Assembly: GCA_963727835.1 (NCBI GenBank)
Contig: CAVSIB010000030.1
Location: 5,127-69,126, forward strand
Direction: 5' to 3'
Source: an uncultured delta proteobacterium
GTDB lineage: Bacteria; Desulfobacterota; WTBG01; JAGOGO01
DNA length: 64,000 nt
Shown here: positions 27,896 to 38,219 of the stretch, in pieces
Layout: every line of letters begins with the position of its first letter
Position numbering within the stretch: the stretch's first letter is position 1
The notes under the pieces: generated by a model
What the model saw: the letters and a program-made list of their open reading frames with translations, nothing else
Database searches by the model: none
What the model was told of the DNA's origin: nothing
Position numbers and translations under genes: made by a program

Positions 27896-29308
27896 TCAGC
27901 TTAAATACTTTTCAATCGCCCGGGCTGCTTTTCGCCCCGCACCCATCGCGAGAATAACCGTAGCTCCTCCAGTTACAATATCTCCCCCAGCGTATACGCC
28001 TTTGAGATTGGTTTCTCCGGTTTCCTCATTCGCCACGATGTATCCCCATTTGTTCAAAGCAAGGCCAGGCGTTGACGTGGGAAGGAGCGGATTAGCATTT
28101 GTTCCCAATGACATGATCAACGCATCAATGTCAATGGTAAACTCCGAGCCTTTTACCGCAATCGGTCTTCGCCTCCCTGAGGCGTCAGGTTCTCCCAGCT
28201 CCATTCTCAGACACTCCATCGCCTTAACATTGCCCTTGTCATCGCCGATGATTCTGATCGGATTGGTGAGAAACTTGAAAATTAATCCTTCTTCCTCGGC
28301 ATGGTGGGCCTCTTCTGCCCTGGCGGGCATCTCCTCTTTGGAGCGGCGGTAGACTAAATATACGTTATCCGCTCTTAAGCGAATGGCAGTACGGGCAGAA
28401 TCCATAGCCACATTTCCTCCGCCTACCACGGCAACGTTTCTGCTTCTTTTTATCGGAGTGTCGTATTCGGGAAAGAGGTAGGCCTTCATAAGGTTAGAAC
28501 GAGTTAAAAATTCATTGGCTGAGTAAACACCGCTCAGGTTTTCGCCGGGGATATTCATAAACATGGGGCCTCCGGCACCAATTCCGATGAAGACCGCATC
28601 ATAACCACTACTTAATAATTCAGGAATGGTAAATAAGTTCCCAATGACGGCATTAAGCCTAACTTCTACCCCCAAGCTTTTTACGTAATCAACTTCTGCC
28701 TGCACAATCGCTTTGGGTAATCTAAATTCAGGAATGCCATATACCAAAACCCCTCCCGCCTTGTGGAGCGCCTCAAAAATGGTTACCCCAAAACCCACCT
28801 TGGCTAAATCAGCTGCTACTGTGAGGCCCGCTGGACCGGCACCTATGATCGCAACTGTCTTGCCCCTGGACGCTGGGCGAGGAGGTACTTGAACCATCTT
28901 ATTTTCTCTTTCCCAGTCAGCGATGAAACGTTCCAAACGACCAATGGCCACCGGTTCATTTTTCTTCCCCAAAGTGCACTTGCCTTCACATTGAACCTCC
29001 TGAGGACAAACCCTGCCACAGACAGCGGGAAGAGCATTTTTTTCCTTCATCTTCCGGGCCGCTTCAACAAATTTACGCTCCGCAATAAGTCCAATAAAAT
29101 CTGGAATGTCTATTTCAACCGGACACCCTTCTACGCACGGCCGATTTTTGCATTGAATGCACCGGGTCGCTTCTTCCACGGCCTGATCTTCCGAATATCC
29201 GAGGGGAACTTCCTTAAAATTTTTAACGCGCTCCTGCGGTGGTTGTTCCGGCATTTTGGTTTTGTTAGGTATAATTTTCTTTTTCGGTTTTTTCTCTTGA
29301 TCTTCCAT
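27896..29308 (-). CDS. nfnB: NfnB/SudA/GltD-like NADPH-dependent oxidoreductase large subunit
   Basis: A 470-aa ORF with the CIQCKNRPCVEGCP and CGRVCPQE...C Fe-S motifs and a VAIIGAGPAGL FAD/NAD fold. Confidence 0.85.
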   Translation of the reverse strand: MEDQEKKPKKKIIPNKTKMPEQPPQERVKNFKEVPLGYSEDQAVEEATRCIQCKNRPCVEGCPVEIDIPDFIGLIAERKFVEAARKMKEKNALPAVCGRVCPQEVQCEGKCTLGKKNEPVAIGRLERFIADWERENKMVQVPPRPASRGKTVAIIGAGPAGLTVAADLAKVGFGVTIFEALHKAGGVLVYGIPEFRLPKAIVQAEVDYVKSLGVEVRLNAVIGNLFTIPELLSSGYDAVFIGIGAGGPMFMNIPGENLSGVYSANEFLTRSNLMKAYLFPEYDTPIKRSRNVAVVGGGNVAMDSARTAIRLRADNVYLVYRRSKEEMPARAEEAHHAEEEGLIFKFLTNPIRIIGDDKGNVKAMECLRMELGEPDASGRRRPIAVKGSEFTIDIDALIMSLGTNANPLLPTSTPGLALNKWGYIVANEETGETNLKGVYAGGDIVTGGATVILAMGAGRKAARAIEKYLS

Positions 29309-29326
29309 GGGTATCTCCTCTTCAAA

Positions 29327-30139
29327 TCATAACATCGTTAACGCGATTTTCTCTTCCTCTTTATATTGATTCAGCCGGCCCATAAGCAGGTCGAAGTCAA
29401 CTTTATGACCATCAAATTCCGGGCCGTGAACACAGGCAAACTTAGTCTCGTTTCCCACATTAACTCTACATACGCCACACATCCCGGTAGCATCAATCAT
29501 GATGGGGTTAAGGCTCACAATGGTGGGAACGCCGAACGGCTCGGTTGTTTTCGCAACGAATTTCATCATGATGGTAGGGCCAATGGCTATGACCCGATCA
29601 ATCTTCTCTTCCGCAAGGATTTGCTTTAAAACATCGGTAACTAACCCATGATGCCCTTTACTACCGTCATCAGTGGTGATTATCAGACGATGGCAGAAAG
29701 CTTTCATCTCCTCTTCGAAAATAAGCAGGTCCTTATTCCTCGCTCCAACAATGCCAATTACTTGGTTTCCAGCCTGGAAGAGACCTCGGGTGACCGGATA
29801 AATGACCGCCGTCCCCACACCGCCTCCGATACAAACAACTTTACCAAAGTTCTCAATTTCGGTATGCTTACCCAACGGCCCCACCAAATCTTCAATAACA
29901 TCTCCCTCATTTAATCGACCAAGTAAAATGGTGGTTTTCCCAACTTCCTGGAATACAATGGTGATTGTTCCTTTTTGTGGATCAAAATCATTGATGGTAA
30001 GAGGAATGCGTTCCCCTTTCTCGCCAATTTTGACAATTACAAACTGCCCGGGCCTTGCCTTTTTCGAGATATCCGGCGCTTCAATTCTAAGGAGCTTGAT
30101 ATCCTGACCCAAAACTTTTTTCTCTACGATCTTGAACAT
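29327..30139 (-). CDS. nfnA: NfnA/SudB-like ferredoxin-NADP+ reductase small subunit (FAD, 2Fe-2S)
   Basis: A 270-aa ORF with ARPGQFVIV...RIPLTI, GGGVG, and a C-terminal CGVCRV...C cluster. It lies directly upstream of nfnB. Confidence 0.85.
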   Translation of the reverse strand: MFKIVEKKVLGQDIKLLRIEAPDISKKARPGQFVIVKIGEKGERIPLTINDFDPQKGTITIVFQEVGKTTILLGRLNEGDVIEDLVGPLGKHTEIENFGKVVCIGGGVGTAVIYPVTRGLFQAGNQVIGIVGARNKDLLIFEEEMKAFCHRLIITTDDGSKGHHGLVTDVLKQILAEEKIDRVIAIGPTIMMKFVAKTTEPFGVPTIVSLNPIMIDATGMCGVCRVNVGNETKFACVHGPEFDGHKVDFDLLMGRLNQYKEEEKIALTML

Positions 30140-30558
30140 TTATAGCTCTCCTTTCTTTTTTTTATCTGGGGTAAAAATAAAGAATTTGTTATGGTATACT
30201 ACCTTTTTTTGTCAGTCAAATGGAAGTGGAGAGATAAATAACTATAACTCAAAAAGTAAGTGTTAAATTTTTTAACTGCTTTTTATGAGGAAATAAATTA
30301 AAAAGCAAAGCCTATGCCAATGAGCTTAAATTTGATCAACTTATTAAAAACCAAAGATATTTTATTTTCGGCAAAAGGTTGAATAAAAAGCATCCACTTA
30401 AAAAAACTGTCATATTTTTTCCAGGTTGTTAAACAAGTTGTAAAATTTTCCAACCGAATACGTGCGTCGCCATACAAACGATTAAGCCGATGAACTGGTT
30501 CTGCTGCTTCTTGACCGATCATAAGTCACATCTCTTGGAGGGGGACACTGGTGGAACC

Positions 30559-31278
30559 TCATAGCCCAATCAATCTTTTTAAATTTTTTGAAAGCAGCAA
30601 CTCTTTTTCTTCACTGCCCACTCGCAAAGAAAGAATTTTCTCTAATTCGGTCTTCATCGTTCCAAAGGGGATATCTGAACCAAAAAGAATCCGTTCGGGA
30701 CCAATTGTGTCGATAAACCTTTTTACCACTCCAGAGCTAGCCAAGGAAGTGTCAAAATAAACATTCGGATATTTTTCGAAGGCTTCGAGAAAGTCTAACG
30801 GACCTCCTCCTAACATTCCCATATGAGGGATAATAAGCTTAAGGCTTTTGGTGCGTTTAACAAATATCTCCGTAAAAGCTAAATCCTCCTCAAAAATGAT
30901 GGGGAGATCAATACGCTCTGATGCCTCAATGAATTCATGCAACCCCGGATCGTCAAAAACCTCATAATTTGATGAACAATCTTGGATTCCTCTTACCCAA
31001 TGCCATTTTCCTCCATAAAAACCCTTCTCTTGAGGGATCGGCCTAAGATCTTCGGGGATATAATAATAAGGAATAAATTCTTCAATCCGCTGTGCTTCTA
31101 AAAGAAGGCTCTCATTTATACTTTCATCAACAATGGCGGTGGAGGGGAAAGGAAAGATAACGATCTTGGCGACTCCACTTTGTTTCGCTTGCTGCAACAG
31201 ATCCTCAGTCGTAATATTTACTCCCATGAGCGTCACTGAAGGGCCCCAGTGCGTGTGCGAATCAATAATGTGCATCAA
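30559..31278 (-). CDS. Amidohydrolase-2-type (TIM-barrel metal-dependent) hydrolase
   Basis: MMHIIDSHTHWGP N-terminal HxH metal motif, ...IPHMG..., ...FGSDIPF; 239 aa. Confidence 0.65.
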   Translation of the reverse strand: MMHIIDSHTHWGPSVTLMGVNITTEDLLQQAKQSGVAKIVIFPFPSTAIVDESINESLLLEAQRIEEFIPYYYIPEDLRPIPQEKGFYGGKWHWVRGIQDCSSNYEVFDDPGLHEFIEASERIDLPIIFEEDLAFTEIFVKRTKSLKLIIPHMGMLGGGPLDFLEAFEKYPNVYFDTSLASSGVVKRFIDTIGPERILFGSDIPFGTMKTELEKILSLRVGSEEKELLLSKNLKRLIGL

Positions 31279-31434
31279 TTAACCTCAAAATTAACGTTGC
31301 AGTGCTTAACGAAAAAAAGTGTAGTGAAGCAACTCAACGTTTCTTTTTAAGAAAAGGAAATTACATTCTTGGAGGAGATTTCTTATGAGTTAAAAATTTC
31401 GCTAAGAAGCCAAGACCAAGACCGATTCCCACCC

Positions 31435-31779
31435 CTATAATACATTAGCGATTTCATCACCCCAAGAAGGAGTCCGGCCAAGGACAAAATGTTGCAACAG
31501 TTCCAGTATAGCTCCATATAACGAGACGAACCCTAAGGGAAGAAAAAATTTAAAAAAACCAGAGAAAATCTTCAGAAGGCTTAAAAGAAACCCTAAGGGA
31601 ATATAGAACAAAATATGGATCGCCTTGTCCAAGTTCGGAATTTCTATTTTAAGCGGAGTAACCGCGGTCAATGATCCACCAGCGATAGATCCTAAGTAAA
31701 AAAGAATAAGAACAAAAGCGGTTTTATTTTTTCTATCCATATCAATCTTAGAATTTCGATGATAAGAAGAGGAAAACAA
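31435..31779 (-). CDS. VanZ-like membrane protein whose 3' end appears frameshifted
   Basis: ...YGAILELLQHFVLGRTPSWGDEIANVL* is the VanZ E..Q....R....D...N signature. The expected continuation GVGIGLGLGFLAKFL... is present in another frame down to 31361. Confidence 0.6.
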   Translation of the reverse strand: MFSSSYHRNSKIDMDRKNKTAFVLILFYLGSIAGGSLTAVTPLKIEIPNLDKAIHILFYIPLGFLLSLLKIFSGFFKFFLPLGFVSLYGAILELLQHFVLGRTPSWGDEIANVL

Positions 31780-31810
31780 AACTGGTTGGGCTCCAACTCT
31801 TTCCGGAAAT

Positions 31811-32260
31811 TTAGCTTCGTTGATACTGCTGAATCTTTACGGAGGACTCGTTGAGGATCCGCTCGGCTAAATAATCAGGGTAACCATCTTCATAAATAAT
31901 TTTGGTGACACCTGCACTAATAATCATTTTCATACAGATACTGCAAGGCATGTTCGTGCAGTAAAAAACCGAGCCATTGATGCTTATCCCATGGTAAGCG
32001 GCCTGGATGATAATATTTTGTTCGGCGTGCAGACCCCGACACAGTTCGTGTCTTTCACCCGAAGGAATCTGTTCTTGTTCTCTCAAACACCCGGTATCCA
32101 AGCAATGCGGAAGCCCGGGAGGTGCACCATTGTAACCAGTCGCGAGAATACGTTTATTTTTGACTAAAAGAGCGCCAACCTGGCGGCGTTTGCACGTTGA
32201 ACGTTTCGCCACGAGTTTCGTAATTTCCATAAAATATTCATCCCAAGTTGGTCGCAGCAT
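31811..32260 (-). CDS. Deoxycytidylate (dCMP) deaminase
   Basis: HAEQNII and PCSICMKMI zinc motifs; 149 aa. Confidence 0.88.
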   Translation of the reverse strand: MLRPTWDEYFMEITKLVAKRSTCKRRQVGALLVKNKRILATGYNGAPPGLPHCLDTGCLREQEQIPSGERHELCRGLHAEQNIIIQAAYHGISINGSVFYCTNMPCSICMKMIISAGVTKIIYEDGYPDYLAERILNESSVKIQQYQRS

Positions 32261-32300
32261 TGTTTTAATCCAAGAAGTAGTTAGTAACTCCTAAGCCAGT

Positions 32301-32759
32301 TCATCGGCAATTTTTCTCCAGTCGTGATTCAATTTCAGAAATTTTTTGAATCCGGCGAAGATGCCTTCCTCCCTCAAATTTTGTTTCTAACCAGACATGC
32401 AAAATTTTTCGGGCTAATTCCTCGTTTATAACATCTGCTCCCAGACTCAACATATTACTATCATTATGCTTGCGGCTCATTTCTGCGGTAGAAACATCGT
32501 GACAGACAGCAGCGCGGATGCCAGGAAATTTATTAGCTACGACACACATCCCAATTCCTGACCCGCAGATAAGAATTCCTCGGTCATAGTCACCGTGAGA
32601 AACTTTTTCCGCGGCAAGCATGGCAAAATCTGGATAGTCCACCGAATCAGCAGAAAAAGTTCCCACATCAAGGAATTCAATCTCCCTTTCCTCAAGAAAC
32701 TTTTTAAGCGAGTCTTTCAGCTGGTACCCTCGATGGTCACTGGCTAAGACAACTTTCAT
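32301..32759 (-). CDS. rpiB: Ribose-5-phosphate isomerase B
   Basis: MKVVLASDHRGYQLK...GILICGSGIGM...NKFPGIRAA; 152 aa. Confidence 0.9.
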   Translation of the reverse strand: MKVVLASDHRGYQLKDSLKKFLEEREIEFLDVGTFSADSVDYPDFAMLAAEKVSHGDYDRGILICGSGIGMCVVANKFPGIRAAVCHDVSTAEMSRKHNDSNMLSLGADVINEELARKILHVWLETKFEGGRHLRRIQKISEIESRLEKNCR

Positions 32760-32774
32760 GGCAAAAAACCGCTC

Positions 32775-34010
32775 TTATTCAAATTTTTTAAAAACCAGGC
32801 AGGCATTTGTCCCTCCAAACCCAAAAGAGTTAGAGAGCGCATAGGTAATGTTCCCTTCTCGAGCGTGATTCGGCACATAGTCCAAGTCACATTCCGGGTC
32901 AGGAATCTCATAATTGATGGTGGGAGGGATAACGCCGGTTTTTATTGCCAGTGCGGTAAAAATAGCCTCCATGCCTCCCGCAGCGCCAAGGGGATGGCCC
33001 GTCATGGATTTTGTGGAACTGACCATAAGTCGTTTACTGTGCTCGTTAAAGACCTTTTTTATGGCAATGGTTTCACAGAGATCATTAAAGGGAGTTGAAG
33101 TCCCATGCGCATTGATATAATTAATCTTCTCAGGAGCAACCTTAGCGTCCCGTAAAGCCACTTTCATGCACTGAGCTGCTCCTTCACCACCCGGAGAAGG
33201 AGCGGTGATATGGTAAGCATCGCCATTGAGACCGTACCCTACGATTTCACAGTAAATATTTGCTCCTCGCTTTTTTGCCAGTTCTAACTCTTCCAGGATA
33301 ACGATCCCAGCCCCCTCAGCCATGACAAATCCATCCCGACCTTTATCAAATGGACGGCTTGCCTTTTTGGGGTCATCATTGTGCGCAGAGGTTGCCTTCA
33401 TATTACAAAAGCCACTGAGCGCTAACGGGGTGATGGTAGCTTCCGTGCCGCCGGTAATCATCGCATCAGCGCACCCCTGTTGAATCACCTTAAACGCCTC
33501 ACCGATCGCATGGGTCCCGGAAGCGCAGGCGGTAACCACACAGGTGTTTGGTCCCTTCGCACCGCAAAAGATGGCAATCTGGCCAGGGGCCATATTAGGA
33601 ATCATCATGGGAATCAAAAAGGGCGAGACCTTATCCTGGCCTTTTTCGAGAAGGATTTTATGGTTTTTTTCCAAAGTCGTCAGCCCCCCAAGGCCAGTCC
33701 CGATGATAACCCCGGTTCTCTCAGCATTGCCATTGCCCACAAAAAAAGTCGCATCGTCAAGAGCCATTTTTGTGGCGGCCACAGCATATTGGACAAAAAG
33801 ATCAGTCCGCTTGATTTCCTTGTGCTCGAGAAACTCTTCGGGTTTAAAGCCTCTTACTTCTCCGGCGATTCGAGAACGGTAGCCCGCGGCATCGAACTTG
33901 GTGATATAGTCGATGCCCGACCTCCCTTCGCAGATTGCCTTCCAGGTCTTTTGTTTACCAATTCCTACCGGAGTTAAAGGACCCACTCCGGTTATGACAA
34001 CTCTTCGCAT
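32775..34010 (-). CDS. fabF: 3-oxoacyl-ACP synthase II
   Basis: Active-site VVTACASGTHAIG, HGTSTP and GHPLGAAG; 411 aa, downstream of acpP. Confidence 0.95.
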   Translation of the reverse strand: MRRVVITGVGPLTPVGIGKQKTWKAICEGRSGIDYITKFDAAGYRSRIAGEVRGFKPEEFLEHKEIKRTDLFVQYAVAATKMALDDATFFVGNGNAERTGVIIGTGLGGLTTLEKNHKILLEKGQDKVSPFLIPMMIPNMAPGQIAIFCGAKGPNTCVVTACASGTHAIGEAFKVIQQGCADAMITGGTEATITPLALSGFCNMKATSAHNDDPKKASRPFDKGRDGFVMAEGAGIVILEELELAKKRGANIYCEIVGYGLNGDAYHITAPSPGGEGAAQCMKVALRDAKVAPEKINYINAHGTSTPFNDLCETIAIKKVFNEHSKRLMVSSTKSMTGHPLGAAGGMEAIFTALAIKTGVIPPTINYEIPDPECDLDYVPNHAREGNITYALSNSFGFGGTNACLVFKKFE

Positions 34011-34036
34011 GTGTGAACTGCACCCCCAAAATAATA

Positions 34037-34273
34037 TTAAAGGCGTTCGTTGATGTAATTGATCGCATCCTGGACCGTCGTTATTTTTTCGGCGTCCTCG
34101 TCCGGAATCTCTTGACCAAATTCTTCTTCCAAGGCCATTACCAACTCTACCAGATCAAGGGAGTCCGCTCCCAGATCATCCACAAAAGATGCCTCGGATT
34201 TTAATTCCTCTTCACTTACCCCGAGCTGTTCCATAATGATTGCCTTTACTTTTTTTTCAATGTCACTTGCCAT
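34037..34273 (-). CDS. acpP: Acyl carrier protein
   Basis: A 78-aa ORF with the [19 protein letters not shown] phosphopantetheine site. Confidence 0.97.
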   Translation of the reverse strand: MASDIEKKVKAIIMEQLGVSEEELKSEASFVDDLGADSLDLVELVMALEEEFGQEIPDEDAEKITTVQDAINYINERL

Positions 34274-34298
34274 CCTGCACCTCCTTCAATTAATTTCT

Positions 34299-35054
34299 TT
34301 ACATATATAATCCACCATTTACATTTATCACCTGGCCGGTAATATAATTAGAAGCATCGGTTGCCAAAAAGAAAACCGCCTCAGCTATGTCTTCTGGGGT
34401 CCCCATCCGGCCCAAAGGTATATTGCTAATGAATCCTTCCCTGACCTTTTCAGGAAGAGTGCGCGTCATGCCTGTTTCAATAAATCCTGGGGCTACGGCA
34501 TTAACCATAATTCCCCGGGAGGCAAATTCCCGGGCTAAGGTTTTGGTAAAACCAATAATCCCCGCTTTTGATGCCCCATAATTTGCCTGGCCAATATTTC
34601 CTATTTGCCCGACCACCGAAGCAACACTAATTATCTTCCCTCCTCTTTGTTTTCCCATGTAACGAATAACAGCTTTTGAACAATTAAATACGCTTTTAAG
34701 GTTATTCGTAATGACCGCATCCCATTCCTCTTCTTTCATCCTCAAAAAAAGTCCGTCTCGGGTGATCCCGGCATTATTGACTAAAATATCAATCCGCCCA
34801 AAAGAATCAAAAACCGTTTTCCCCATGTTTTCAGCTTCCGAAAAATTGGAAACATCAACCTTAACCGCTAAGGACTTTCGTCCCAACAATGCGATCTCCT
34901 GAGCAGTCTCCTCAGCCTGCTTGTCGTTTATATCCGCAATGACGATCTGCGCCCCGTTTTGAGCCAGGAGCAATCCGATCGCCCGCCCAATCCCCTGTGC
35001 TCCGCCGGTTATAATCGCCACCCTATCGTGAAGTCTTAATGCATCTCCCTCCAT
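34299..35054 (-). CDS. fabG: 3-oxoacyl-ACP reductase
   Basis: SDR motifs ITGGAQGIG, NNAG and YGASKAG, in the position between fabD and acpP. Confidence 0.92.
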   Translation of the reverse strand: MEGDALRLHDRVAIITGGAQGIGRAIGLLLAQNGAQIVIADINDKQAEETAQEIALLGRKSLAVKVDVSNFSEAENMGKTVFDSFGRIDILVNNAGITRDGLFLRMKEEEWDAVITNNLKSVFNCSKAVIRYMGKQRGGKIISVASVVGQIGNIGQANYGASKAGIIGFTKTLAREFASRGIMVNAVAPGFIETGMTRTLPEKVREGFISNIPLGRMGTPEDIAEAVFFLATDASNYITGQVINVNGGLYM

Positions 35055-35983
35055 ACTTTCTCCAATTTTTTGAGACTTTCGGTATCTTCCACATTACATC
35101 GTGTTGCTGTTTTATCTATCTTTTTCACCAAACCGCTTAAAATCTTCCCCGGGCCGATTTCCACATACGTACTAACTCCTCTTTCCCGCATTGCCACAAC
35201 CGAATCCTCCCAGAGAACCGGATGCGTTACCTGCTTAATCAGAAGTTCCTTCACCCGGATAGCTTCCTGATTTGGCATAGCTTCAACATTGGTAATCACA
35301 GGGTAAGCAAGCGGGTTTACCGTTACATAGCTCAAATAATCTTTTAACTTTTTCGCGGCTGGTTCCATGAGTGCACAGTGAAAAGGAGCACTCACCGATA
35401 GCACTACTGTTTTTGGGGAACCTTTTTCTTTGGCTAAGACAATAGCCCGCTCAAGAGCTTTGGCCGCGCCGGAGATCACGATCTGGCCGGGACAATTAAA
35501 GTTAGCGGGGGTCATTACCTCCCCTTGTGCTGCTTCTTGACAGATCTCTTCAACCTGTGCTCGGCTTAGACCCAAAACAGCAACCATGCCGCCCTCTCCT
35601 TCCGGAACCGCCGCCTGCATAAACTGGCCGCGTTTCTGAACCGCCTTAACGCCATCGGAAAAACTAAAAGCTTTTGTCCCAACTAACGCCGAATATTCTC
35701 CCAGGCTATGTCCGGCCACATAATCCGGAGTTATCTCTAAGTTTTTTTCTATCACTCGGAGGCAGGCCACGCTTACTGTCAGTACCGCAGGCTGAGTATT
35801 GACCGTCAGGTTTAATTCTGTTTCCGGGCCGTCAAAACAAAGGGAAGAAAGCTTAAAGTTGAGCGCCTCGTCTGCCTCAGCAAATACTTCTCGTGCTTCT
35901 TTGAAATTATCACACAGGTTTTTTCCCATCCTCACAGTTTGAGCGCCTTGCCCGGGAAAAATAAAAGCGATCTTACCCATCAT
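35036..35983 (-). CDS. fabD: Malonyl-CoA:ACP transacylase
   Basis: FIFPGQGAQ...GHSLGEYSAL...; 315 aa. Confidence 0.93.
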   Translation of the reverse strand: MMGKIAFIFPGQGAQTVRMGKNLCDNFKEAREVFAEADEALNFKLSSLCFDGPETELNLTVNTQPAVLTVSVACLRVIEKNLEITPDYVAGHSLGEYSALVGTKAFSFSDGVKAVQKRGQFMQAAVPEGEGGMVAVLGLSRAQVEEICQEAAQGEVMTPANFNCPGQIVISGAAKALERAIVLAKEKGSPKTVVLSVSAPFHCALMEPAAKKLKDYLSYVTVNPLAYPVITNVEAMPNQEAIRVKELLIKQVTHPVLWEDSVVAMRERGVSTYVEIGPGKILSGLVKKIDKTATRCNVEDTESLKKLEKVWREMH

Positions 35984-35997
35984 CTCAGTCTCCCCGC

Positions 35998-37158
35998 TTA
36001 TTTTCCTTTTCGAGCGTATTCTTTATTTAAATAGAGGCCGATGACATTCCTCTGAATTTGATTAGTGCCTTCATAAATCTGGAGAATCTTGGCATCCCGC
36101 ATCATTTTTTCCACTGGGTATTCCCTCATGTATCCTGAGCCTCCAAACACCTGGACGGCATCGGTCGTTACCTTCATCGCCACATCACTGGCAAAAACCT
36201 TGGCCAGTGAGGACTCCTTGGAGATCTCTTTAGGAACCGAATCAATGTAGCGCGCCACAGAATAAACTAAAGCTCGAGCCGCCTCAATTTGGATCGCCAT
36301 ATCAGCTAACAGATGCTGGACCGCCTGGAAAGAAATGATCGGTTTACCAAACTGCACCCGTTCACGGGCAAACCTTACCGCTTCTTCCATAGCTCCCTGA
36401 GCTAAACCAACGGCTTGAGAACCAATGCCCGGTCGGGATTTATCCAAGTTTCTCATCGTAAGCAAAAATCCCAGTCCTTCTTTTCCCAAAAGGTTTTCTT
36501 TGGGCACCACACAATCCTCAAAAAAAAGAGAGCAGGTGGCTGACGCCCTGATCCCCAGTTTTTTCTCCTTCTTCCCAAAGGTAAACCCTTTCATCCCCTT
36601 TTCGAGGATAAAAGCACTCGCCCCCCGAGGACCTTTAGATTTATCAGTCAAGGCGATGACCACATACGTATCTGCCTCTTCTCCATTAGTAATCCATTGT
36701 TTGGTGCCATTGAGGATATAATGATCCCCTGCTTTTTTAGCAGTCGTTTGAATCCCTCCGGCATCACTACCTGCATTAGGCTCGGTGAGCCCAAAGGCAG
36801 CTAATTTTTTTCCTGAAGCAATATCAGGAAGATATTTCTGCTTCTGTTCCTCACTGCCGAACATAATAATCGGATAGGAGCCCAAACCATTACAGGCATA
36901 ACTCACAGCTACTGCTGAGCAGATCCGGCTCAGTTGTTCGATCACCAGACATAAATCAAATACACCTCCTCCAAAACCACCATATTTTTTGGGAATGTAG
37001 ACGCCGGATAATCCCGTTTCCCCCAAAATATTTAAAATTTCTCGAGGAAATTTTTCTTTTTCATCCAGTTCTGCCCGCACCGGTAGAACTTTCTCTTCGG
37101 CAATTCTTCGGGCCAGCTCCTGAATTTCTTTCTGTTCTTCGGTTAAGAAATAATCCAT
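35998..37158 (-). CDS. Acyl-CoA dehydrogenase
   Basis: A 386-aa ORF with the ...LTEPNAGSD..., ...GTKQWITNG... and ...YEGTNQIQR... ACAD motifs. Confidence 0.88.
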   Translation of the reverse strand: MDYFLTEEQKEIQELARRIAEEKVLPVRAELDEKEKFPREILNILGETGLSGVYIPKKYGGFGGGVFDLCLVIEQLSRICSAVAVSYACNGLGSYPIIMFGSEEQKQKYLPDIASGKKLAAFGLTEPNAGSDAGGIQTTAKKAGDHYILNGTKQWITNGEEADTYVVIALTDKSKGPRGASAFILEKGMKGFTFGKKEKKLGIRASATCSLFFEDCVVPKENLLGKEGLGFLLTMRNLDKSRPGIGSQAVGLAQGAMEEAVRFARERVQFGKPIISFQAVQHLLADMAIQIEAARALVYSVARYIDSVPKEISKESSLAKVFASDVAMKVTTDAVQVFGGSGYMREYPVEKMMRDAKILQIYEGTNQIQRNVIGLYLNKEYARKGK

Positions 37159-37196
37159 TGCTTACTCATCCCTCTATCGGTTGCTTGCTCAAGAAA

Positions 37197-37379
37197 TTAA
37201 GATTCTTCCACCTTTAACACTTCACGATCTTTATAGTAGCCACAATGGGGACACGCATGATGAGGTGGTTTTTTTTCTCCACAATGGGAACACGCAATTA
37301 AGGAGGGAGCAGTCAGCCGATCATGGGACCGCCGTTTTTTTCTTCGTGCGTTAGAATGTCTTTTCGGTGGTAGGGGCAT
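37197..37379 (-). CDS. rpmF: 50S ribosomal protein L32
   Basis: A 60-aa ORF: MPLPPKRHSNARRKKRRSHD...CSHCGE...CPHCGYY. Confidence 0.95.
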   Translation of the reverse strand: MPLPPKRHSNARRKKRRSHDRLTAPSLIACSHCGEKKPPHHACPHCGYYKDREVLKVEES

Positions 37380-37397
37380 ACAATCCTCCGTTAGGTA

Positions 37398-37979
37398 TTA
37401 TTTTTTAAAAAAATCTTTTAAACCCGAAAGCCTGGGGTCTACAAATTCTTTATCCGAACACTGGCAGATTTCCTGGTTTTTGTTTATCCCGCAATGGGAG
37501 CAAAGGCCCTTACAGTCTTCCCGGCAAAGCGGGTAAAAAGGCATCGCGAGAATTATCTGACGTTGGATAATCGCGTCAAGATCAATAACCTCTCCGTCAT
37601 AGAACTCCGTATCTAAATCTTCCTTTTGGAGCTCCATCTCAGCCGGAAGGTTTTGAAATTGAGCAGGAGATAAAGAAATATCAAATTTCGGGTTAAGCGA
37701 ACGCATAAAACGCTCTAAACACCGGCTACAGGATAGCTCAACTTTTAAGCTTATCCCCCCGGCTACGATGACCAAGGAATCTGAGCGAGAAAGGTGAATC
37801 GTATAAGAGATCGGAGCAATAAATTTAAACTCCGAGCGTGTCTGATCCGGGAACAAGCCTTTCAGCCAGTCGACATCCCGCTCTCCCTGGACCAAAATTC
37901 CTTCTTGCGATATGTCTTCGACTCGATAATTCAAGCTTAAACCTTTTTTGTTTAGGTTTAAATTTATAAACGAATACAC
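37398..37979 (-). CDS. yceD: YceD/DUF177 family protein
   Basis: In the conserved position upstream of rpmF. It has CSRCLE...CKGLCSHCG cysteine pairs; 193 aa. Confidence 0.8.
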   Translation of the reverse strand: MYSFINLNLNKKGLSLNYRVEDISQEGILVQGERDVDWLKGLFPDQTRSEFKFIAPISYTIHLSRSDSLVIVAGGISLKVELSCSRCLERFMRSLNPKFDISLSPAQFQNLPAEMELQKEDLDTEFYDGEVIDLDAIIQRQIILAMPFYPLCREDCKGLCSHCGINKNQEICQCSDKEFVDPRLSGLKDFFKK

Positions 37980-38219
37980 TCTTTGTCAAGTAAAAAAAGA
38001 AAAATTTTACTTTTTTTTATCTTTTTAGAATTAAACCGAAAATATCATTTTCTTTAAAACAGTTTGACAGTTTAAAAGAGGTTCTGATACTTTGTAAAGC
38101 TTCTTTGGCCCCTCTTAAAAAAACATAAATTTTTGAACTTATTTTCTGTCCTTTGTCTTAATAATCCAAAGACACTGCACGGTGAAAAATTTAGGGCTTA
38201 AAAATTATTCAGTCGGATT

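Noticed and set aside
30298-30522. 74-aa minus-strand ORF between the nfnA promoter region and the amidohydrolase gene
   Set aside because: It has no SD and no recognisable motifs, and its AT-rich, low-complexity composition makes it not supportable as a gene.
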